Shown: positions 1 through 7,187 of the stretch, in pieces | Numbering within the stretch: the stretch's first letter is position 1 | Layout: each line of letters opens with the position of its first letter | DNA from: an uncultured Actinomycetota bacterium | GTDB taxonomy: Bacteria; Actinomycetota; Actinomycetes; S36-B12; UBA10799 | Assembly: GCA_963818505.1 (NCBI GenBank) | Contig: CAWFSJ010000001.1 | Span: 155,096-219,095, forward strand | Length of the DNA: 64,000 nucleotides | Reading direction: 5' to 3' | Notes under the pieces: model-generated | Databases searched by the model: none | What the model was told of the DNA's origin: nothing | What the model saw: the letters and a program-made list of their open reading frames with translations, nothing else | Made by a program: the position numbers and the translations under genes

Positions 1-72
1 CGCCAAGACGGTCTGGCCAAGGTGCTTGCCGGCGTCACCAGTCTGGACGAAGTCCTGCGCGTGGTCGCCTGA
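1..72 (+). CDS. pilB: 3' end of a type IV pilus assembly ATPase (PilB/GspE family), partial
   Basis: Frame 1 reads ...RQDGLAKVLAGVTSLDEVLRVVA* with TGA at 70-72. This is a typical PilB-type C-terminal tail, and it lies directly upstream of pilT-pilC. Confidence 0.55.
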   Translation, partial: RQDGLAKVLAGVTSLDEVLRVVA

Positions 73-140
73 CACGCTGCTGCCTCAAGGCCATCCGTCG
101 ATGTGCCGACACCGACTGTGAGTCCTCGTGGAGGTTGTCG

Positions 141-1280
141 ATGTCGGTTCAGAACATGCACGCGCCCCCTGCCCCAGCGCGCCCCACGACCGAGCAGCAG
201 GTGCGGTCCGGTGACATCAGCCTCGTTCAAGCACTTGAGGCGATGCTGGATCTGGGAGCAAGTGATCTGCACCTGACCGCAGGTGCGCCACCCACTGTGC
301 GCGTGGCTGGCAACCTGCGCCCCCTGGCCGGGGCGCCGCGCATGGACCCTGCTTCGCTGCAACGGGTGCTCTACGCGATGCTCACGCAGGAGCAGCGGGA
401 GGCCTTCGAACAGGCCCTCGAACTGGACTTCTCCTATGCCCTGCCAAGGCGTGCCCGGTTCCGCGTGAACCTCTACCGGCAGCGTGACGCCCTCGGGGCG
501 GCCTTCCGGATGATCCCGTACGAGATCAAGGACCTGGATTCGCTGGGAATCCCGCCGGCCGTGGCGAACTTCGCTTCCCTTCCCCGCGGTTTCGTCCTGG
601 TGACCGGGCCCACCGGTTCGGGCAAGAGCACCACGCTGGCGGCCTTGATCGACATCGTCAACACGAACCGCCACGACCACATCATGACGGTCGAGGATCC
701 CATCGAGTTCTTGCACAGGCACCGGAACTGCCTGGTCAACCAGCGCGAGGTCGGTCACGATACGCACTCGTTCGCCGAGGCGCTCAAGCACGTACTGCGC
801 CAGGACCCCGACGTCATCCTGGTCGGTGAGATGCGCGACCTCGAGACGATCCAGGTGGCGCTCACCGCCGCCGAGACCGGGCACCTGGTGTTCGCCACCC
901 TGCACACCCAGGACGCGGCGCAGACCATCGACCGCATCATCGACGTCTTCCCGCCGCATCAACAGCAGCAGATCCGCCAGCAGCTTGCCGGGACCCTTCA
1001 AGGTGTCGTGTGCCAGACGTTGTGCAAGACCGTCGATGGGCGAGGCCGGGTCGCGGCCGCAGAGGTACTTGTCGCCACGCCCGCCATTCGCAACCTGATC
1101 CGTGAAGGCAAGACCCACCAGATCTACTCCGCAATGCAGGCCGGCGCGAAGTTTGGGATGCAGACCATGGACCAGAATCTCGCCGAACTCGTCCGACGCA
1201 ACAAGATCACCTACGAACTAGGGGTGGACAAGTGCCATCACGTGGAGGACTTCAACCGGCTCATGGGTAGGGCCTCATGA
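141..1280 (+). CDS. pilT: Twitching-motility (pilus retraction) ATPase PilT
   Basis: ORF 135-1280. Walker A motif GPTGSGKSTT and the PilT-type segments DPIEF, VGEMRD and ATLHT are present. GGAGG at 130-134 favours the ATG at 141 over the TTG at 135. Confidence 0.9.
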   Translation: MSVQNMHAPPAPARPTTEQQVRSGDISLVQALEAMLDLGASDLHLTAGAPPTVRVAGNLRPLAGAPRMDPASLQRVLYAMLTQEQREAFEQALELDFSYALPRRARFRVNLYRQRDALGAAFRMIPYEIKDLDSLGIPPAVANFASLPRGFVLVTGPTGSGKSTTLAALIDIVNTNRHDHIMTVEDPIEFLHRHRNCLVNQREVGHDTHSFAEALKHVLRQDPDVILVGEMRDLETIQVALTAAETGHLVFATLHTQDAAQTIDRIIDVFPPHQQQQIRQQLAGTLQGVVCQTLCKTVDGRGRVAAAEVLVATPAIRNLIREGKTHQIYSAMQAGAKFGMQTMDQNLAELVRRNKITYELGVDKCHHVEDFNRLMGRAS

Positions 1281-2498
1281 GTCTGGCCACGTTCGACTAT
1301 CAAGTTCGAGACCGGAGCGGCAAACTCGTTCGCGGACGCATCGATGCCGAGTCGGCGTCCGTGGTGGCCACGAAACTCAAAGGCATGGGTTACGCGCCGA
1401 TCTCAATCGCTGAGGCGAACGCGGGCCTGAACAAGGAACTCCACATCCCTGGGATGGGAACGAAGGTCAAGCTCAAAGACCTCGCAATATCGTCACGGCA
1501 GTTCGCCACGATGATCAACTCGGGGCTGTCCCTTCTTCGCGCCCTGTCGATCCTTGCCGAACAGACGGAGAACAAGAAACTCGCGGAGGTCTACGCGTCC
1601 GTAAGGATCGCAGTGGAGCAGGGGTCCTCGTTGTCCCAGGCGCTGGGACAGACACCCCGACGTGTTCCCACCGATCATGGTCAACATGACCCGGGCGGGG
1701 GAGACCGGTGGTTTCCTGGATACCGTCCTGCTGCAACTCGCGGAGAACTTCGAGGCCGAGGTCAAGCTTCGTGCCAAGATCAAGTCAGCCATGACTTACC
1801 CAGCGGTTGTCTTCGGCTTCGCGATCATCTCGATGACGGCGATGCTGCTGTTCATAGTCCCCGTCTTCGCGGGCCTGTTCGACAGTCTCGGTGGGATCCT
1901 GCCATTGCCCACTCGCATACTCGTGGCGCTGTCCTCGATGCTGAAGATGATGATGCCCGTCTTCATCGTTCTGCTCATCGTCGGCATGACGCTCTGGCGC
2001 AAGTTCAAGAACGATCCGCGCGTACGCAACGTCGTCGATCCCATGAAGCTCAAAGCGCCCGTCTTCGGTTCCCTGTTCCAGAAGGTCGCCCTGTCCCGGT
2101 TTAGCCGGAATCTCGGCACAATGATCCACGCCGGGGTGCCGATCCTGCAGTCGCTTGACATCGTCGCCGACACAACGGGAAACGTGGTGATCGCCCGGGC
2201 TGTGCACGATGTTGAGAAGTCGGTTCGCCAGGGCGAGTCGTTGGCCGCGCCGTTGGTCAATCACGAAGTATTCCCGTCGATGGTCGTGCAGATGATGGCT
2301 GTTGGGGAGGACACGGGCGCCCTCGACGCGATGCTGCACAAGATCTCCGACTTCTATGACGCGGAGGTGGAGGCCACCACTGAGGCGCTGACCTCAATCA
2401 TCGAGCCGATCATGATCGCAGTGGTGGGCGGCATGATCGGGGCGATGATCGTGGCTCTCTACATGCCGATCTTCAAGGTCTTCGACCTGATTGAGTAG
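1277..2498 (+). pseudogene. pilC: Type IV pilus platform protein PilC (GspF family), reading frame broken by one extra base
   Basis: Two overlapping ORFs (1277-2104 in frame 2, 1662-2498 in frame 3) carry the N- and C-terminal halves of one PilC. Frame 2 reads ...SSLSQALGQTP, and frame 3 continues DVFPPIMVNMTRAGETGGFL. The junction is at the C4 run at 1655-1658. After the junction, frame 2 becomes Arg/His-rich nonsense. Confidence 0.85.
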
Positions 2499-2521
2499 GC
2501 GTCTCGTCAATCGCAGCGCGA

Positions 2522-3637
2522 CTATGCTGCGTATCCCAGAGCGTTCGGCGGCCTAGTTCGGTAGGTCCGTCCCGCCGGGCTCGTCCACTCAAGTTCGTTG
2601 TCACCCAAATGGGTGACATGCCAGCCGGTCTGGTGCTTGATGCGGTGGTGGCGTCGGCAGAGGCAGTGGAGGTTGTCATCGGTGGTCTCACCCTCAGGCC
2701 AAGCGACCAAGTGGTCGAGGTCGCACCTCGCCGCAGGCGTGTGACAGCCGGGGAAGCGGCAGTGCTGGTCCCGGGCGCGGACCGTGCGAGCCAGCGCCGC
2801 CGGGATCCGGTACTTGCTCGGCGTTGCGTTGATGACTCGGCCATCGGGTGCGGCCAGCCAGGACGCCCATCGCGCACCAGCGCTGATCGCCAACTGCCAG
2901 GCAGCGGCCCAGGGAATCGGCGTGCCGTTCACTGACGCGCCGATGCCGGTGGCAGGTAGGACCACATTGACCTGAGTCGAGACGTCGGTGCGCTCGTCGA
3001 GCAAGTCCGCAATGGCGTCTGCCCGACGTTGATCCAGCGTGCGGGTCTCGTCGGGCACCACGTTGTCGCGCGCCAGCTGATCGAGGGTGTCGAACAGAGA
3101 CTCGGCGACATCGCTGGGCAGGTAGGCGTAGAGGTCGCTCATCCCGTCGCGGTCCGGGGTGATCTGCACACAACGCTTGTCGAAGGCCGTCTTGCGCGCA
3201 GCGTCGTCTCCGGCCTCAGGTAGGCGTGAGAGTAGCCAACGGCGCACCTCGTGGGTCGTGTGCGTGCTCGCGTAAAGGATCGCGCCCTGCTCGAAGAGCA
3301 CCTGCAAATCCTCCGTGCTGAGCAGGATCGCGATCAGTTTGGCGCGGGTCAGGTCGATCCGGCCTTCGCCCAGGGCGGCATAGATCGCCGGCCGCCCACA
3401 GATCAAGGCGGCCTCATCGCACATCCGGGCAGCTGTTCGGGTGGAGACGTGCAGCAGTGCCGCAACCTCCGACTCCACGCCCTCGGCGACCACCGTTGAA
3501 TCGTTGGCGCCGGCAGTCGCCATCAGTGCTTCGATGCAGGCCAGGCGGTGTGCCTGGGCTGCGCGCAGTGTCAGTTCGCCGTCCTCTAGTTCATCGACCA
3601 GGGTGTTCAGCGTGTTGTAGAAGGTTCCCCGTTTCAT
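2522..3637 (-). CDS. HNH endonuclease with a DUF222-like N-terminal region (actinobacterial 13E12-repeat type)
   Basis: 371 aa. The C-terminal HNH motif is HCRFPGCHTPAARCDLDHLVAWPEGETTDDNLHCLCRRHHRIKH. The gene is antisense to the flanking pil genes. Confidence 0.85.
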   Translation of the reverse strand: MKRGTFYNTLNTLVDELEDGELTLRAAQAHRLACIEALMATAGANDSTVVAEGVESEVAALLHVSTRTAARMCDEAALICGRPAIYAALGEGRIDLTRAKLIAILLSTEDLQVLFEQGAILYASTHTTHEVRRWLLSRLPEAGDDAARKTAFDKRCVQITPDRDGMSDLYAYLPSDVAESLFDTLDQLARDNVVPDETRTLDQRRADAIADLLDERTDVSTQVNVVLPATGIGASVNGTPIPWAAAWQLAISAGARWASWLAAPDGRVINATPSKYRIPAALARTVRARDQHCRFPGCHTPAARCDLDHLVAWPEGETTDDNLHCLCRRHHRIKHQTGWHVTHLGDNELEWTSPAGRTYRTRPPNALGYAA

Positions 3638-3743
3638 GTCCTGAGTCTACCACGTGGGTCGTACATATGTTCGATTCATCCACAAGCGATATCCTCTGTT
3701 TCGCTCGATGTCATCCCCGCGAAGTAGCGTGTGGATCGTGCAT

Positions 3744-4406
3744 ATGTACTTGGTCCGTCACGGTCAAAGCCACGTCAACCTGGGCGATCTGACCGTCGAG
3801 CATCGCGACGAGCCGTTGACAGATCTGGGGCAGGAGCAGGCGGCCAGGGCAGGGCACTGGATCAACCAGCACCTGCACATCACCGAGTTCTACGCGAGCA
3901 GCGTGGCAAGGACGGTCCAGACGGCGCAAATCATTGGCGAGATCATTCGCCAGCAGCCCGAACTGCAGGACGGTCTGCGCGAGATCGGGACCTGTCATGG
4001 TGATGGGTCACCGGTGCCGGCCGCAGAGTTCGAACCTTTCACACCTGAGCTGTGGGGAACTCTTGACCCGTACACCCCTGTTACGGCGACGGGTGAGAGC
4101 TGGATGCAGTTCCGGTCGCGCGTTGGTGCGTTTATCGAGGAGATCGTCCCCAGCGCGCGCCGGCACCGGATGGGAATGACTGCCCCCGAGGGCGACGAGC
4201 GCCGGATCCTGCTCGTTGCCCACGCCGGCGTGATCGAGGCGGTCTTCGAGTACATCTTCGAGAAGGGCCCGTGGAGTGTCGTCGCGGTGGAGACGCACCA
4301 CACCGGCATCACCCACGTCGAGTACCGGCCGCAGCTCAACCGGCCCGACTGGTGGCTGCACTACCACAACCTGACCCATCACCTCACCGACGAGATGCGC
4401 ACGTAG
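3744..4406 (+). CDS. Histidine phosphatase family protein (phosphoglycerate mutase-like)
   Basis: MYLVRHGQSHVN carries the RHG catalytic motif at the N-terminus, and a later HAGVI carries the second His. The ATG at 3744 is preferred to the ORF-track start at 3654 because the family begins right at the RHG motif. Confidence 0.75.
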   Translation: MYLVRHGQSHVNLGDLTVEHRDEPLTDLGQEQAARAGHWINQHLHITEFYASSVARTVQTAQIIGEIIRQQPELQDGLREIGTCHGDGSPVPAAEFEPFTPELWGTLDPYTPVTATGESWMQFRSRVGAFIEEIVPSARRHRMGMTAPEGDERRILLVAHAGVIEAVFEYIFEKGPWSVVAVETHHTGITHVEYRPQLNRPDWWLHYHNLTHHLTDEMRT

Positions 4407-4414
4407 CGCGTGAG

Positions 4415-4480
4415 TGTCACCTGATTGGGCCGTGTCACCCGTTCGGGTGAGTGAGCCTCACGATGCGTCCGAACGGGTGA
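4415..4480. promoter_or_regulatory. Cluster of TCACC(C/T)G / CGGGTGA half-sites upstream of pilA, either an operator or an RNA structure
   Basis: A perfect 7-2-7 palindrome TCACCCG-TT-CGGGTGA lies at 4435-4450. A further CGGGTGA lies at 4474-4480 and GTCACCTG at 4415-4422. CACCCGTTCGG (4436-4446) is also complementary to CCGAACGGGTG (4469-4479). Confidence 0.35.
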
Positions 4481-4579
4481 ACCGCGTCGATTGGAACTCT
4501 AAGTCGTGATCGCAATGGCCGATGCCTTCAGCGTCATTGCAATTGGGGCCCGACAGCTCCACATCCGAAGGAGTCAGAA

Positions 4580-4954
4580 ATGTTCGCACGCATCGCAGCG
4601 GCGCGGGAGAAGGAAGAGGGCTTCACCCTCATCGAGCTCCTCGTCGTCATCATCATCATCGGAATCCTGGCAGCCATTGCCATCCCCGTGTTCCTGAACC
4701 AGCGCGCCAGCGCTGCCAAGGCATCGCTCACCAGCGACGCGCGCAACGGCGCGATCGCGATCGAGACGTACTTCACCGACAACCAGGCGTACCCGGCCAA
4801 CACGGCTGCGGTCACGGCGCTCAACCCCTCGCTGTCGGCGAACAATGCGGTGACCGACCTATCGCTCACGCGCGGGCACCGGCTTCACGTACTGCGTCGA
4901 GGCCACGGGAGGTGCGCCTTGGCTGGTCGGTCACGCTACGACTCCGCCAGCTGA
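4580..4954 (+). CDS. pilA: Type IV major pilin (prepilin with a class III signal peptide); C-terminal end doubtful
   Basis: MFARIAAAREKEEG|FTLIELLVVIIIIGILAAIAIPVF has the G|F cleavage site with Glu at +5. GAAGGAG lies 7 nt upstream of the ATG. The last ~27 aa (GHRLHVLRRGHGRCALAGRSRYDSAS) look like out-of-frame translation (see findings). Confidence 0.8.
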   Translation: MFARIAAAREKEEGFTLIELLVVIIIIGILAAIAIPVFLNQRASAAKASLTSDARNGAIAIETYFTDNQAYPANTAAVTALNPSLSANNAVTDLSLTRGHRLHVLRRGHGRCALAGRSRYDSAS

Positions 4955-5006
4955 CGGCACGCAGCCGCCGGATGCAGGCAGCTTGCTAATCCCTGACCCG
5001 GACAGC

Positions 5007-5040
5007 GGGACCCCGATCCACCGGGGTCCCTTCTGCTGTG
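5007..5040 (+). terminator. Intrinsic terminator after pilA
   Basis: GGGACCCCG (5007-5015) pairs perfectly with CGGGGTCCC (5022-5030) around a 6-nt loop. It is followed by TTCTGCTGTGT. Confidence 0.55.
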
Positions 5041-5075
5041 TAAAGACACCCGGGCAATCTGTCGAAGACAAGCGT

Positions 5076-6437
5076 GTGGGACTGAACCAGTGGATCGAGC
5101 GCGTGCGAGGCAGGATCTCGGCCGCCGGCGCCGACGCCGGCTTCGGCATGATCGAGATGATGGTGTCCCTGGTCATACTCGGGATGGTGTCTGCCGGGTT
5201 CGCATATGGGCTGCAACTCACGCTCACAGTTACGCAGGAGGACCGAGCCAGAGTCCAAGCCTCAAACCTCGCGGCTCGTGAGTTGGAGATCGTCCGGAAC
5301 CAATTCGGATCCTCCAAGACCGCACCGACGACCATTGGCGCCGACAGCCAGGTCGTGAATCCCAATCCTCTCAATCCTGCGGCGTTGACCGGCGCGCCCC
5401 TAGATCTTGACGGCCAGGATTTCACGGTCGTTCGCACCGTTGAGTGGCTGCCCGCGGGGACCGGAACGAGCCCGTGCGACGGCGGTTCAGCGGTGACATA
5501 CCCCTCGCTGGGTGTCAACGTCGTCGTCTCCTGGAACGACCGGGGAGTCACCAAGGACGTGGAGTCCAACACGGTCCTGACGCCCCCCAAAGGAACGCTT
5601 GCCACCATCAAAGGGTTCATCGCCGCCAAGGTGCAAGGCGCCGATGGTCAGGGGGTCGCTTCCGTGCCGGTGGACGTGTCGGGCCCGGGGGGTAGCCAGA
5701 CGCGTGTGACGGCAGCTGACGGCTGCGCTGTGTTCGCACTAAGCGTTCTGGGCGCCTATACAGTGACTCTCGACGAGCCGGGTTACGTGAGCTTCGACGG
5801 CCAGCCGACGACCTGGAAACCAGCCACAGTCACCAACGGCTCCATTCAACTCGTTCCCTTCAGCTACGACCGGGCCGCGACCCTGGAGATCGAGGACGTC
5901 ATCACCGACGATCCCGGATCCCAGTTCCAGCTGCCCACGGGGTCGCATTCTGTCATCATCTTCAATCCAGGCCTTCCCACCATGGGCCAGATGATCGTCC
6001 CGGGCAATCAGAGCACCGTGACCGGTCTGTGGCCGTTCCCAGATGGATACTCCGTGTGGGCGGGAAGGTGCACGATTAACGATCCCGCCGTGACGGGCGG
6101 GACGCGCGCAGACCCGGTCGCCCCCCATCCCGGTGGCACTGAGGCCGCCCCAGCGCACTGGAAGCCGTTGCGCGTCACGTATCTGGATGAAGACTCGACT
6201 CCGGTCGACGGGGCCCTGGTGCGGGCGACGATAGATGACACCTCGGGCTGCAGCGGTGAGACGACATTCACCCTGGGGACCACCGACTCCGACGGTGTCG
6301 TGGAGTCGGCCCTTCCCTATGGGCAGTGGACCATTGGTTCCTCGGATGCCAGTCCGACGATGGTCGAAGTCTCCGCCGATCCCGTCGTCAGCTACCCCCT
6401 TGAGGTGGCCCTTGAGAAACTCCAGGAGGGACCATGA
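5076..6437 (+). CDS. Minor pilin / pseudopilin with a large C-terminal region containing carboxypeptidase-regulatory-like (Ig-like beta-sandwich) repeats
   Basis: The N-terminus ...AGADAG|FGMIEMMVSLVILGMV has the prepilin cleavage/methylation motif (G|F, Glu at +5). The segment GFIAAKVQGADGQGVASVPVDVSGPGG..AADGCAVFALSVLGAYTVTLDEPGYVS is typical of CarboxypepD_reg-type domains. The start is uncertain: GTG at 5076 or 5103. The TTG at 4983 lies upstream of the pilA terminator. Confidence 0.7.
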   Translation: MGLNQWIERVRGRISAAGADAGFGMIEMMVSLVILGMVSAGFAYGLQLTLTVTQEDRARVQASNLAARELEIVRNQFGSSKTAPTTIGADSQVVNPNPLNPAALTGAPLDLDGQDFTVVRTVEWLPAGTGTSPCDGGSAVTYPSLGVNVVVSWNDRGVTKDVESNTVLTPPKGTLATIKGFIAAKVQGADGQGVASVPVDVSGPGGSQTRVTAADGCAVFALSVLGAYTVTLDEPGYVSFDGQPTTWKPATVTNGSIQLVPFSYDRAATLEIEDVITDDPGSQFQLPTGSHSVIIFNPGLPTMGQMIVPGNQSTVTGLWPFPDGYSVWAGRCTINDPAVTGGTRADPVAPHPGGTEAAPAHWKPLRVTYLDEDSTPVDGALVRATIDDTSGCSGETTFTLGTTDSDGVVESALPYGQWTIGSSDASPTMVEVSADPVVSYPLEVALEKLQEGP

Positions 6438-7174
6438 AGGCTTTCCTGAAGTGTTGCCGGTCCCAGGATCGGGGGGTGACGTTGGTCGAGATGGTCGTCG
6501 TGGTGGGCATCCTTGGGACCGTCATGGCGATCGTGAGCCAAGGGCTGATGATGGCGCAGAGCACTCTGAGTGAGAACTCCTCACGGCTCGATGGATTGAG
6601 TCAGACGAACCTGGCGATGGAGGCGATGACGCGTGTGCTGCGCACAGCGATCCTGCCCAGCCAGGTGCAGGCGACCTGCACAGGGTGCAATTCCGCGGCT
6701 TTCATCGCCGGCGACGACACCAAGGTCGTCTTCTACGCCAACGTGGACAACGATGGGATCCTACCGGCCTCTGGAACGACCAACTACGGCCCGCGCAAGG
6801 TGACGTACGAGCTGAAGAACGGCCAGCTCGAAGAGATGATCCAGAAGCCCAACGTCCACGCGGTGACTGACTTCAACTACCAATACTGCTCGAACCCTGG
6901 AACCTCGGGATGTCCTGCCACCAAGCGCGTCCTGGCACGCGATGTCACGACCATTGACAGTTCGACCGGGCTCGACGGCCCAGTGTTCACTTATTACGAC
7001 CGCGATGGCGGCATGCTGGCCACGCCGCTGGCAGCAAACTCCCTGCGGGCAGTCGACAGCATCGATGTGCTCCTGCGGGTCAAGCCTTCGGACCGGACGA
7101 AGCCGGTCACCGTGGTCGCGCGGGTGACGTTGCCCAATGCCGACTCCCTCATCCAACCCACCCCGACACCGTAG
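6434..7174 (+). CDS. Minor pilin / pseudopilin (PilW/PulJ-like)
   Basis: MKAFLKCCRSQDRG|VTLVEMVVVVGILGTVMAIV has a prepilin-type N-terminus with Glu at +5. The start overlaps the upstream stop (ATGA). Confidence 0.7.
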   Translation: MKAFLKCCRSQDRGVTLVEMVVVVGILGTVMAIVSQGLMMAQSTLSENSSRLDGLSQTNLAMEAMTRVLRTAILPSQVQATCTGCNSAAFIAGDDTKVVFYANVDNDGILPASGTTNYGPRKVTYELKNGQLEEMIQKPNVHAVTDFNYQYCSNPGTSGCPATKRVLARDVTTIDSSTGLDGPVFTYYDRDGGMLATPLAANSLRAVDSIDVLLRVKPSDRTKPVTVVARVTLPNADSLIQPTPTP

Positions 7175-7187
7175 GGAAGTGATCACG

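Noticed and set aside
4506-4697. 63-aa ORF with an 11-residue Ser run overlapping the pilA start
   Set aside because: The Ser run is the alternative-frame reading of the codons for the pilin hydrophobic helix (LIELLVVIIIIG), so it is a frame artefact.
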